Origin: Schmidtea polychroa
Lineage: Eukaryota
Assembly: GCA_044892525.1 (NCBI GenBank)
Contig: CM097885.1
Coordinates: 15,996,001 to 16,060,000, forward strand
Direction: 5' to 3'
DNA length: 64,000 nucleotides
Made by a program: the position numbers and the translations under genes. Below are positions 42,737-56,003 of the stretch, one piece after another. The notes under the pieces are model-generated. The model did not search any database, was not told the origin of the DNA, and saw only the letters and a list, made by a program, of their open reading frames with translations. Position 1 is the first letter of the stretch; each line of letters opens with the position of its first letter.

Positions 42737-44331
42737 GATATATAAGTGTACATAAAATTATAATATTATATAAAATTATACTATATAATAATATTAATGT
42801 TTAAATATGCTTAAATAACTAAATTGTTTAAATATTTTTAAATAACTAAATTAAATTATTTAAATTTAATTTATTTAAATATACTTTTGATATAACTTTA
42901 TTTCTTTCGTTTTAGTATCCATAAAGTAAGTAAATAAAGAATTTACTACAATATTTTAATTATTTTACTTAGTAATGAAGAAAATGAATTATATGATTAT
43001 GAAGAAGATGAACAAAATGGTGAAACACTAAATGACTTATGTTCTGGATTTAGAAATTTCTTATTAAAACATGAATTATAGAAAAAAAAATGAACCAGAC
43101 AAAATGGTGAAACACTAAAGGAGTTATAGTTCCGGATTTCTTAAATGAATTAGCTGATTGTGGGTGTCCTTCAACATGAATTATCAGACTTAAATTATGT
43201 AAACTTTCAACGAATGTCAAGAAAAATGGGAAAAACCAATGTTTTAGCAATTAGATATTGTAAAGTACTACCTGAAGAATATTATTATTAATGTAAGACA
43301 TGAATTAATTCTTTAAAATATATATATATTATATTTAGGTATCTGTGTTTTATGGTGGGAAATGACATTGAAAAAGTATACCACAAATAACAGTTGCCTA
43401 ATTTATCAAGCCTGTGACGATAAAATGCTAGATAATGTAAGTTAATTGCTTTTAAATCAATATAAATTTTAGCAATGATAGTTGACACCACATCAGAAAC
43501 TAAGAAATATGTACAATTCGCAAGATGTATTCCAAATGGCCCGATGGAGATGATAATTTTGAGATAGAATACCAGCAGAAGAGCGAGAAAAATTTGTAAA
43601 TTAAATATAATAGGGTTGGGTGGGTCCTCTTTATCCCTTAATTAATATATATTTACAAGCTGATCGTCGTGGTGGGCGGTTGTAATCCAACTAGTGGGAG
43701 GCCTCTGTAAATATATATTTGTGTTAGTGAAAACATTAATTAATTTGGTTATAGTGCCAATGACGCATGTATTTTGAAATTATACGTTTCGAATGTACTG
43801 GTAGTTGACTACCCATGCTAGGCGTAATGTTCCGTACGGAAAACTATAATGCCCAGGTTCTTTTGACCCCACTTGGGGGAGGCACAGACGACCCTTGTGG
43901 ACGCGAACAAATATCCACCGTGTCTTTCAGGCACAGATATTTGGTCACTGCTCATTAGGCCTGGCAATACTAAATACATATACTTTGCCTTGTCCTCTCT
44001 TGTCTTGATTTTTTTTTTCGTTTAAATAGTGTATGTGATAGGTTTTATTTACTAACCCTAATTAATATACCCTTGCGACATGTTGAATGTGAGTAGTACC
44101 TTTGTGAGCAATACCCATAGGGGGACAGAATATTTTGTCGGATAGACTAGGAGTATATACACCCATGTTAAACAAGGTATGTGTATATAGAATGTGTGTG
44201 TAAAATTATCGCTCCTTATTGACAACTTCCTGTAAAGGCAAACACAGAATACTGCAAACATAATAATACTCTACCCCATAACTTAGTATGTAAAAATTAT
44301 TTAAGGTTTTATCACTAATAATAATAATAAT

Positions 44332-44394
<63 letters not shown>

Positions 44395-44650
44395 GTTTAA
44401 TGGGTTGTGTGTGTGTGTGTAGAAAATATTTTAGGTTTTCACTAATATTGATAATAATAATGGTTTATGAGTGTTTTTATGTTTTTGACTAATATTTGCA
44501 ATAATAATAATGGTTAATGGGTTGTGTGTGTGTGTAAAAAAAAAAATAAAATTTTAAGTTTTTGACTAGTATTTGCAATAATAATAATATTGATAATAAT
44601 AATTGTTAATTGGTTGAGTGTGTGTTTTTATGTTTTTGACTAATATTTGC

Positions 44651-44698
<48 letters not shown>

Positions 44699-44954
44699 GT
44701 TTAATGGGTTGTATATGTGTGTAGAAGATATTTTAGGTTTTCACTAATATTGATACAAATAATTGTTAATGGGTCGTGTGTGTGTGTGTGTAAACCATAT
44801 TTAAGGTTTTCACTAATAATGATAATAATAATGGTTAATGAGTTGTGCATGTGTGTAGAAAATATTTTAGGTTTTTAATATTGATAATAATAATAATGGT
44901 TGAGGGGTTGTGTGTGTGTGTGTAAAAAAATATTTTAGGTTTTCACTAATAATG

Positions 44955-45010
<56 letters not shown>

Positions 45011-45535
45011 TCCCGCGCGTGTTAATACTTTAAAAGAAAATATTGAAAATTTAAAAAATAATAATATTTATGCAAAGCATGTGCAATAATTATGTCTTTG
45101 TTAATTAAGTAAACTTTAGTATCAAAATACGTTTTTAAAATATATTTAAATTTTAAAATACCGCAACGTAATATATTTTGTTCTACCCCTTCATTGATTT
45201 AAGTTGGTCGGAATTTAATAATAATTATATTATACCCTTTGAGACATGTTGAATGTGAGAAGTACCCTTGTAACCATTACCTATGTAAGCAGTACACATA
45301 GGGGGGCAGAATATCTTGTCGGATAAACTCTGACTATATATGATAATAATAATAATAACTCCCGTGCGTGTTAAAATAAATAATAATACTTTGAACTTGT
45401 ATTTGAAAATAATTTACGACATGTTGAATGTGAGTAGTACCCTTGTGACAATTACCCATGTGAGTAGTGCCCTTGTGAGCAATACCCTTAGGGAGACAGA
45501 ATATCTTGTCGGATAGATTAAGAGTATATATATTG

Positions 45536-45604
<69 letters not shown>

Positions 45605-46580
45605 CTTAGAAACTAAAAACTTAGAAAATAATAATTATTTTAATAAATGACCTTGAAAAGTAAATGACCTTGAAAAGTAAATGACCTTGAAAATTAAATG
45701 ACCTTGAAAAATTAAATGACCTTGAAAATTAAATGACCTTGAAAATTAAATGACCTTGAAAATAAAAAGATTACTTAATTAAAACAAAAAAATTAAATTA
45801 AAAAAAAATGACCTTGACCTTGATGAGTCATATGACCTTGGGAATGACCTTGATGAGTCATCGTTCTAAAAATATTAGACATCGTTGGGTGAGTCATTGG
45901 GTGAGTCATTCTCTTTGTTAATATTAATGATGATGATACCTTCTATGACTCATTCGAAAGGTCTTGGACTGAGCTTTAAGATGAGGTATCGTCCAATAAA
46001 TTCGGATAATGGGAACATTAATTTTTGGGATGAAAAAGAGTAGGGGCCCGCCAGACCACTTAATAATTATATGACCTTGAAAATGATTTTTGGTAAAATG
46101 TTAATAACTTTGTCAATAATAATGATGATGATACCTTCATTAGCTCATTCGAAAGGTCTTGCATTGGGCTTTAAAATGAGGTATCGTCTAATAAAATCCG
46201 TTGGTGGGAACATTAATTTTTGGGATGAGAAAAAGTATGTCACCGCCCGGCCAATTAATAATATTTTGAATAATAATAATAATTTAACGTTGAAAAGATG
46301 GTGGTCATCAATTGTTAATAACTTTGTCAATAATAATGATGATGATACCTTCTATGAATCAATCGAAAGGTCTTGCATTGGGCTTTAAAATGAGCTATCG
46401 TTGAATAATTATCGTTGTCGGGAACTCTGTACATTTAAATTTTAAAATATGACCTTGAAAAAATAAATGACCTTGAAAAAATAAATGACCTTGAAAAAAT
46501 AAATGACCTTGAAAAAAATTAATGACCTTGAAAAAATAAATGACCTTGAAAAAATAAATGACCTTGAAAAAAAATAAATG

Positions 46581-46611
<31 letters not shown>

Positions 46612-47140
46612 AAATAATATTTTGAAAAATAAATGACCTTGAAAAATGGTCTCGGTAAAACTTTAATAACTTTGCCGATGTTAATGATGATGATACATTC
46701 TATGGCTCAATTGAAAGGTCTTAGACTACGCTTCAAAATAAGCTATCGATTAATAAATTCGGATAATGGGAACATTAATTTTTGGGATGAGAAAAAGTAT
46801 GTCCCCGCCCGGCCAATTAATAATATTTTGAATAATAATAATAATTTAACGTTGAAAAGATGGTGGTCATCAATTGTTAATAACTTTGTCAATATTAATG
46901 ATGATGATACCTTCTATGGATCAATCGAAAGGTCTTGGACTGAGCTTTAAGATGAGGTATCGTCCAATAAAATCCGTTGGTGGGAACATTAATTTTTGGG
47001 ATGAAAAAAAGTGTGTCCCCTCCAGGCCAATTAATTAAAACAAAAAATTAAAAAAAAAAATTTTTTTTTTTCCCCGGGGGGGGGAGGGGGTATATGTGGT
47101 CTGGAGGGGACCTGGTCTGGAGGGGACACATCCTACTACT
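42737..47140 (-). repeat. Right inverted arm (TIR), about 4.4 kb
   Basis: Reverse complement of the left arm plus an extra block of about 470 bp at about 46636-47105. Confidence 0.9.
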
Positions 47141-47600
47141 AACTTACCATATCATTCTAAATTGTTGTTAATTTTTTTATTCCCTCTTGTTTTCTATTTC
47201 GAATTCAGTATCAGTTATATCCTCTGTCTACAATAGATTGTCTGATAAACTTGAAATTTGTAATTGCACGAATTGTTATTCCGTTTTCAGCCGCTAATCT
47301 TGAAACAATCTCACTTAAACTTTGCCGTTTAACAAAATCCATCATCGTATTTCCTTTGATTTTCTTGAAGTTTTGCTCTTGCTCACCCAAAACGGATTCA
47401 TCATTATCCCGTTTACAATAGATTTGTGTACCATTTTCAGATGGTTTAGCATACCACCCGTGTTTCCATTACTATTTGAAATAAAAACTATTTACTTTAA
47501 AAACTGAACTTTGGCAAATTTTTTATTGGTAGAAGGAATTTTTAAAAATATTCCCAAACAGGAGCTGATGGTGCCATGGGCTAAATAGTAGTACAATATA
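47141..47600 (-). pseudogene. hAT transposase N-terminal part (BED-finger end and following helices)
   Basis: GNTGGMLNHLKMVH and SEIVSRLAAENGITIRAITNFKFIRQSI; joins in frame to FSITLDEW when the insertion is removed. Confidence 0.85.
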
Positions 47601-48850
47601 AATTTAATACAAGTTTTACGGTAAAAAATAAATTAATCATAATTACCTGTGATTATTTTCAATTCTTTGATTTGAGAGCTTTTAACAATTTCGCAATAAC
47701 TAATTATATCGATTTTTCATTCTATTTAAAATTTTATTCTATACATAATTTAAAATAATTTTCACTATCCGGTAATCGCGAGTGTATTTGAGCGGATACC
47801 GAATACGGATTTTTGTCTGCAAATTCGCGGATATCGGATACGGATTATCCGAACTGTCAAACTCTAAATATAGGCTATATATTACACGTATAGAATACAA
47901 TATCACCGAAATAACACACATAGAATATAATACACCGAAACCTCCAGCTATAATATAATAACTGGTATAATAATAGCTATAATAGGGATGATCATTGCCG
48001 TGGTCGTTGCCAACGGTAGACAACCCAAATCCACTAGGTATTCATCATCATCTACTTGCCTACCATGGACCATTATCAGGTATATACCTGTAGTTTTATC
48101 GGTAGCAATCACATCTCTCCTCAATATTCTGACTTTGATATAACAGTTAAAAATCATTGTTAATGGTTCTTTTCCAACCATTCGCACGTCCAGATTAATG
48201 TTGCCTTGATTGTTAGGCTGACTTCGGATTGTTTTCCCATTTCTCCTCATCAACGCTTCGATTTGCGTCTGAAATGGGCTTGTTTCTTTTACCACTGGTA
48301 GTATAATTGGAATTATTGCTACCAACAAATCTACTGGTATTCGTAATACTAACATCCAGTCTAGTATTTCTTTTATGGTTTCTCCGTCTCATGGAGAATT
48401 TTGTAATTCTAACCCTTGTCGTTGGGATAATTGTTGAGTTTCCTCCAATCTCTCAATTTCCATCTAAGTAATTAAGAATATACTGTCTTGATACATTACC
48501 GCCACTGGCTTCGGTGCTGTCTTTGTTGTGAGCTTCGTCACTCTACCGAGGAGTATCCCGTTCTGTAGAAGTGTTTGGTTTGCTTCTAGTTTTATTCCAC
48601 ATAAGTACAAGTCATATCATTGATGCTTAATACTTGTCAATGTCTCTGTTAATTTATCTGCTCGACATCTTGCATTTATATCGAGAATATACTCTTTATC
48701 CTGAGGGAGTTTTATATTGAGCTAAGCATCTTGGAGATCTCACTCATTCTCCATGATTTCTTCTAATATCCTTAGGATTTTATATGTGTCGTTATGATGC
48801 ATTGGGTCATCTTCAATCTGCGATATCAGCTTCACTAATGTATCAATGAA

Positions 48851-51260
48851 AAATATTTATTTTGATATATTTTTAATTTGTATTTGTCGTTAAAAATGTT
48901 AAAATTTTACATTTCTGTATCAAATTGTAATTTAAATAATTTTGTAATATTTAAAATAAATAAGAAAAAAATTAGCATTAATAATATTTTGAATTGCTCT
49001 AAAAGCTAAAGAACAATATTTATAAAATGTTTGTTTCTCTACTTCAAAATACAAATTATAAATATTGAAATTGTAAACGTCAGAGGAAATAATTAATATA
49101 ATAAGTATGATTATTGAAATGTTGTAAAATGTTGAAATATTTTGATAATTTTGTTAATTTTAGAGTTAATTTTATAGTTTGTTAATTTTATAGTTAAATG
49201 TTGGCAAGCGTATGGGAAATGATGAAGAGGAAAGAATTTGAATTTGATAATGAAATCAGCAGTGAATTGATATGCAGAATTTGCAAATGTTTAATGATAA
49301 AAGCTTGCCATGCTCCTTGCGTTTGTGGCTTTTGTTCTGATTGCATTGAAAATTATTTGGATGGAAAAGATAAATTCTGTCCAGGAGCAGCAAAACATTG
49401 TAGAAAGAAAATGATCAATTTCAATAAAGATGTTTCTGAAGATCATGCAGCTAATTTAAGGATTTCAGAAGTGGTAGTGAGATTCCCAATGCAAAATTGT
49501 CAATTTAAAGATGAATTAGAGGTGATGGAGAGCCACATGAGAACATGCAACAAGCAACCAATAAAATGTTTATTCAATAGAATCGGATGCGAAATGAATG
49601 AGGTGGTAAAGGATGAAATGAAAGTCCATCTCATTGAGAACACTGAAGGCCATAGCAAATTATTGATTGATCAGATCAGTAATTTGTGCAATGAGATGCA
49701 AGCAATGAGAGACGAGAATGTGACATTGTGTAATGAAATTATCAATATCAATGTAAAATTGTATTTGCAATTAATTTTATTGATATTTAGGATTGGAGGT
49801 GAAATTGTGCAATATTGAAAAGAAAGAGACTGAAAACAGAGAAGATATAGAAGAATTGAATGAGGAAATGGTGGCATTGAAGAATGAGAACCGCTCATTG
49901 AGAATGGATATGGAGACAAATATTGGATCAATCAATCAGGTTTGATTATTGATTTGATTTGATATTGATATGTTATTGATGGAAAGCAGGTCAGACAGCA
50001 AATTGAAGTGATTGAATCAAAATGTCAGCAGCAAATTGATGAGATGAAAGAGAAATGCGAGCAGCGGCTGCAACAGGTGAATGAAAAGGTGATTTATTGA
50101 TTTATTGAAATGTTTGAATTTGAGATTCAGTTGCAGCTTGAAATGGCGAAATGTGCCAATGAAATTCGGCGGAATGAAACAAAATGTCAACAGCAAATTG
50201 ATGAGATGAAAGAGAAATACGAGCAGCGGTTGCAACAGGCGAATGAAAAGGTGATTTATTGACATATTTGAATTTGAGATTCAGTTGCAGCTTGAAATGG
50301 CGAAATGTACCTATGAAATTCGGCAGATTGAAACAAAATTAGCAAATGAAAAATATGTAAATTACGGATTTTTTGAATGGGAAATCGATAAATTTTCACA
50401 ACAAAAGAGAAGTAAAAATATTTACAACAAAAGCGTTTTTTTCGGGACTAATCGGTTACAAAATTTGCTTGTGGGTGCTGATTGATGGTAATTGGGGTAT
50501 TGAGGCTGGTTTCTGTTTGGTGCGTGGGGCAAATGATGAGCAATTGGATTGGCCGTTCAATCAATCCGTGACAATCGATGTGATCGATCCAGCAAATGGC
50601 AACATTTATATGAGGAAGTCAATGAAATATTCAGATAGCCCTCTTGATGCAGCTGGATGGAGGAAACCTTCACACGACAGAAATAATTCAATTGGTATTT
50701 ATTATTATCCTGATGCCAGCTCAATCTATAAATTAGCAGCCAAAAGTAATAAATTGCTGCTCAGGAGCAGAATTGAAAAATTATGACAAATTTAAAAAAA
50801 CATTTATATAAAAAATTGATTTATTTTGGGTTTTGATTTGTTTTATTATTTGCCTTTTTATTATAGCAAATTGCCGATTGCAATATCAATAATATTGCAA
50901 AATCAAAAATATTTAATATAAATAATTATTTTAATTAAATTAATAATTAATTTGAAATTAAATTTAAATTCACCCGATTATAAGCGCTGACAAATCGCCT
51001 CAACAAATCAAACGCTCCTATGACGAGTGAAACCGACGAGAAAACCGCCGCTGATGTTATATGAGTTTTGGAGAAATTATTGTTGCATTGAATGGCAATA
51101 AAATGCACTTAAATGCAATACTAAAACTGTTATATCAAATTGATAAATGCCTTAACATTTCACTAGCTATTTCTGAGGCATTTAAACGGAAATCCGCAAC
51201 AGCAATGCTGACAAAATGTTCGAAAATTGCTTTCACATCTGTTTGGGTAGTAATTGTATT
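48851..51260. repeat. Segmental duplication block B, copy 3 (partial)
   Basis: Colinear with about 8660-11110 and 29813-32160. Confidence 0.88.
49198..50786 (+). pseudogene. TRAF-like protein copy 3, frameshifted in the MATH domain
   Basis: Same exon layout. An extra A at about 50428-50432 splits MATH into ORFs 50285-50485 and 50373-50786. Zinc-finger Cys is changed to Phe (RFPMQNC). The frameshift could be a homopolymer sequencing error. Confidence 0.8.
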
Positions 51261-51277
51261 TGTACTGAGATCCTTTT

Positions 51278-51475
51278 TAAGTGCTAGTGACCTGATTTAA
51301 TATTAAATAATGTAACATTTCATAAATTTATTCACTTTTTCATTCGCTAAATTTTCAAATTAAAACAAAAAAAGATTTCATGTAAATTAATATTTAAATT
51401 CACAAATTTTGATACATTTTATGAATGAATTTTACTTATTAACAAACAACGAAATTTATCTTGAAATCTTGAAAA
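51278..51475. repeat. Segmental duplication block C, copy 3 (partial)
   Basis: Matches GCTAGTGACCTGATTTAAT...CTTGAAATCTTGAAA in blocks C1 and C2. Confidence 0.8.
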
Positions 51476-53699
51476 TATTTTGGAATTATTTGAAAATATT
51501 ATTCACTTATTTGAAATTATTTTGGAACCTGGATTAATTAGGTACATCAGAAGTTGAAGGTTGTTAAAGTCAAACTTACAAGTTTTGGGATCAGTGGCTT
51601 AACCAATGAGGTGGGTTAAGGGGGTTAAACCTCCCATTGGTTTTTAATTGTACAAATATTTGTCGATGTCAAGTGCCTAAAAGATCATCCATCTACATAA
51701 GAAAAAAACAAGACACTTACTATATTTTATTGTAAATATAATACTGTGACATATGTCTGTACTTTGTAGTCTATACTCTCAGTTAAATTTTATTTTGGCT
51801 ATTTTTTTCTGATGTTCAATACGTATCTCCGTACTTTATGGAGTAAGCGAATGACGTCATTATTACAGACACCCCTATCATGAAGGTCTTAGTGCCTTCG
51901 ACACCCTCAAAAGTCAACGCTTGAAATGATTGACCATATTATTAATAAATATTTCTCAACTCCAATCCCCTCACATTCATAAATTCCTGGTTACGTTGGA
52001 ATATTAAGAGTTTTGGTTGGCAAATAACTCAGAATTTGGCAAGTATGTTTTTTTAATGTCTTAGTAACTGATAGATTTATCATTAGCTCTTACTTAAACG
52101 CCTCAATGGATATTTTACATTTTACCATAAATATACCCATGCCAACCACCTTATTTCGAATGTACACAGTAGTTGAAAATCATTTAGCAGGTGAGCTCAA
52201 TTTAGAAAGATGGGTTACGAGTTGGGAGAACAATTTATGCTTATCCTTGCAAATGTAGGCCTTTTCCTGCCGTTGCTTACACTTTACCGTATTTCATTCG
52301 TAACTCCGCATAACTATTGATTTTACCGCTAAATGCCCATCGCAAGCGACACTGGTGTTTTAATTTAGTTGGTCACCATCAACTAAAGGTGGAACTTTCA
52401 CAAAAACTGAAAAAGCACACACTTTAATGAAACAACCACAACTCCTTTGCTCTACGCATTGCAATATCAGTCTGAACCCTTTGAAGGAATTAATCTCCCT
52501 ACGGAAGATGTCCGTGTCTGGTACTCTCGATTCGAAAATATATCGTTATCACTAAGTTTAATTCTTCTTTGCTTGTTCTTTCTAGATTATCTCTTTTCGT
52601 TTCTTCGACCTACTGGCGTTTCTGTTTACTTGCAGGTCGCCTTTAAACCCTTCGGGTAATTTGATTGTCCTTGGCAAATTATTTTGGATCCATTTTTAAC
52701 GGTGATTGGAAGTCGAATTTTATGAATCAGAGTGAAGGGAAATTTGCAATAGTTGGGGAAAATCGAACATAATATTCCAAATACAAATTTATCCTGCATA
52801 GTGAAGTGAAATGAGGTATGACATAGAATGGAACCAGATGAGTCAGTAGATAATAGGTTTCAAATAAAATCCAGTACTTCGTTATGTCGGCTAATGCAAT
52901 TAATATCAGTGAAATCGTACTAATTCCAAACGAAGATCGAATATTGCTCCTGCCGGGCTGGAAACCGAGGTAATCAAAAAACTTTTGTAAATTTAAATTT
53001 TCCATAAATTAATTAAAGATAACCCTGTATTAACATAAATTGAGGTAATCAACCAAATGTAAGGAAAATAAAGAATAAAATAGAGGAAAAATAATAGAAT
53101 AAATCAAAAATTAAAACAAGTCACTAAAATAAAATAAATAATAAACAAGTCGCAAACAGACAAAAGTACATAACCATATCCGACAAGCAAAGAAAAAATA
53201 ATTAGAAAGAATAAAAATAAATACCAGAAAAACAAAATATTACTAAACGAATAAATTATAATCAAAAAACAAAGAATAAAATACTAAATCAGGATCCAAT
53301 AAAAAGCAGGAGAAAATGTGAAAATTAAATTATTTAATAAATTATCAAAAGAAAAAGATAAATAACCTGGAAAAAGAACTTAAAAATAAGAAAAAACACA
53401 ACTTCACACAACAGCTGGATCCTGATTAGACAAAAATTACTATATAACGAAAACACTTTATTGATTCCCTCAGTTCTAACAAACTTCATACAGGAACCAA
53501 TTCAGCATCACTCTCATTGATCTATTACTTGATTCTTATATTATATCGCAGCAAATTTTCAGAATTTTTATCAATCAGACAGGAAAAGAGAAATGTAAAT
53601 TTTCGTTTATTATTTATGTACAAGTAGCATTATAATTTATTTGGATAAATATTATGATAGTTTTTAAATGTCTCACTTTTATCTTCACAATACGAATTT

Positions 53700-54430
53700 T
53701 TATGTTGAGATCCAGCGATGACACCGTTCTACGATTATGAGGGTTAGAATGCGAAAAGCCGAACCGGAATGACTGAGGAAAATTAAGAGCATACATTGAT
53801 TCCACCAGTGAGGAGAAGAGGAGAATGCATAAGTAGGAGAGAGAAATTCGGAAGGATTATATTGAGTCACAGGATTCACGTCAAATAGAAATCAAGGACA
53901 GATAATATCGAGGCTGGTAGGAGATTGCAGATTGCAGATCGGCAAGCTAAGGAATTACTCCACAAATGCGATGAGATAGGAATTGATTGTACGAATTACG
54001 ACAACTTGGGAATGGAATCATTAGAGGAAACGGAGTATGAGATGTATGGGTAGGTTGAGTAGCAATGGTCGACAAATGAGGAATGAATTGTTATTGAGGT
54101 AGGAAGGAGTGTGAGGTATAATTTCCATTCTGAGAAGGGTGTAATCGCTGAATTCTAGAGTCGATTCGATTTATTTTAATTATTCCTGAATTTGAGAGTT
54201 GATTGAATTTATTATGATTATTCATCTATAAAGATATAGTATGACCCGTTTCTGAGGGTCGTTTGGCAATTGCTGACACTTGTGTCGGTAGTTACCAGAT
54301 GATTTTCACAGATGGCGAAAATGACCAAATCGTGTAAATAGAGTTGATTTTTCGTTGAGTGGTAACTCTCCACGGTAGTAATGGGCTCAATTCGCGGATT
54401 CGAATAAGAATAAATACTTCTACCTTTCAA
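53700..54430 (-). pseudogene. Possible AP-endonuclease remnant of a non-LTR retrotransposon
   Basis: Weak motifs LVIFAICENHL and LLLTGGIN resemble APE E-T-H and GDFN motifs; heavily decayed. Confidence 0.3.
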
Positions 54431-55520
54431 CCGGCTACTACGAAAATTAGTCCCGTAATTGAAATCACAATACCGTTATCACATTCGATTTTCTGTTATA
54501 GGCACTTATATGAACCTAACATCAGTTGAGAAAGCTTTGACATTTCCATCAGTGAATGCCACTTTTAAGCGTTTGATTTCTTTCACTTCGATAGGTCAAG
54601 TTTCTTCGACAGTCCGTTAGCATCAACAATTGCGAGAATTTCACGGTGATAGAATAGGCATTGGAATCCTTATCTGTAGGACAACATCCGGTGTACACAA
54701 CACTCCACAAAATTTCACCTTGGCAGACTTGTAGGATCTAAGTTTCTTGCTATCATAAACATTCATAAACAGGAAGTCGACAATTCGTCTCGATAAATCT
54801 GACACACATAAACAATCAAAGTGAAGTTACGAGACATGACAGACAAATAGTCGAACCCAAGAATTCCTACTGAAACGGCTGCTTTGAATTAATCATAAAC
54901 CCATCAGGTTAGTTTACTTTAATTGTCTAAGGCAAGGGTGGCCAACAATTGCATTACATACCCATTATTCCCCCTTAGACTACCCCTATGACAATAAGTC
55001 GATATCGACACACTCTTAAGAAAAAAATTAGATCTTTTATACAGAAAAGCTGGACACCGCTGGTTTAAGTGATTTACTACGACCGCAGTACATGTCAAGT
55101 ATATAAATATAACATAAACATGCAATTTCACAAGATCGACAAATAAATTGACTAAATTAATTAAAGTAAATGCGTGAGAAAAATGTTTTTCGTTATTAAA
55201 ACATATCGAGATGAGAAAGAATAGTCACAAACATCATAAAGGTGTGTCGACGTTTTATCCAAGGGAAGAAACTGCCCAAAATTTTCTTACACCGTTTTTG
55301 TTTTCGAAGTAATTAAAATTTCTGTCCACGGACCCCTTGTCCAAATTCCACCTTGGCAGACTTGTAGGACATTGTAGTCGGCTTCCCATCGTAAAATTTG
55401 GTCCCCAAAAGCAACTTCCGAGATTTTTTAAATTAAATTTTAATGGATTTTTAAATTTTTTTAAAATAAATGAATTGAAATAAATTTCTTTAATTTGAAT
55501 CTGTTTACTATTTCATAAAT

Positions 55521-55546
55521 GGTGCAGCACCGGGTACCCCAGCTAG
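55521..55546 (+). mobile_element. Helitron-like 3' terminus (different family)
   Basis: GGTGCAGCACCGGGTACCCCAGCTAG-T: inverted repeat followed by CTAG-T. Confidence 0.4.
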
Positions 55547-56003
55547 TAATTAATATAATATGTTTGATGGGCCTGCATTGAATGTATAAAGTTGCCAGCA
55601 ATGCTTATATTTTGAACGACGATAATTTAAACAAAAAGAAAATCCCATAAATTTAAAGATATATTTATGACATGTTAAAAGCTTTAGTTAATTTAAATAT
55701 AAAATTATTTCAATCAATTGTTACAGTCGGAATTCGGTTCAACAATATCAAAAAGAATAAAGTGCAGACGGTACAAACGCGTGTCACTATCTTATCATTT
55801 TACGCCTTTATTGACACTCCTGGCTAAGGAATTTATATTTGGGAAAAAGATGAAAGTATGAAACTATTTCTATTTTGGGACAGAATTTAGGAACCAAGTT
55901 GGTTTTAATATAATAATTATCCAGCAAAGGTGAAATAAAAGAACCTAGACAATTATAGGCAATGCGTGACGTTAAACAAACAACAAATTAAAAATATTTA
56001 CCA

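Larger units (their letters stand above)
36155..47140. mobile_element. Non-autonomous Polinton/Maverick-like element; 10,986-bp giant palindrome
   Basis: Termini AGTAGTAGG...CCTACTACT. 6-bp TSD AACTTA (36149-36154 and 47141-47146). Arms are reverse complements. No intact pPolB, integrase or capsid ORF. Confidence 0.8.
34761..47866 (-). mobile_element. hAT DNA transposon (about 2.1 kb) split by an 11-kb insertion
   Basis: TIR TAGAGTTT (34761) / AAACTCTA (47866). Perfect 8-bp TSD AATATAGG (34753-34760 and 47867-47874). Subterminal CGGATA/TATCCG repeats at both ends. Confidence 0.92.

Noticed and set aside
36438-46950. 105-aa and other short ORFs in the arms as genes
   Set aside because: They arise from tandem repeats and microsatellites and are duplicated only because of the palindrome; no recognisable domains.
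36155-47140. Amplification or assembly fold-back chimera
   Set aside because: The exact 6-bp TSD, the in-frame rebuild of the interrupted hAT transposase and the differences between arms all indicate a real insertion.
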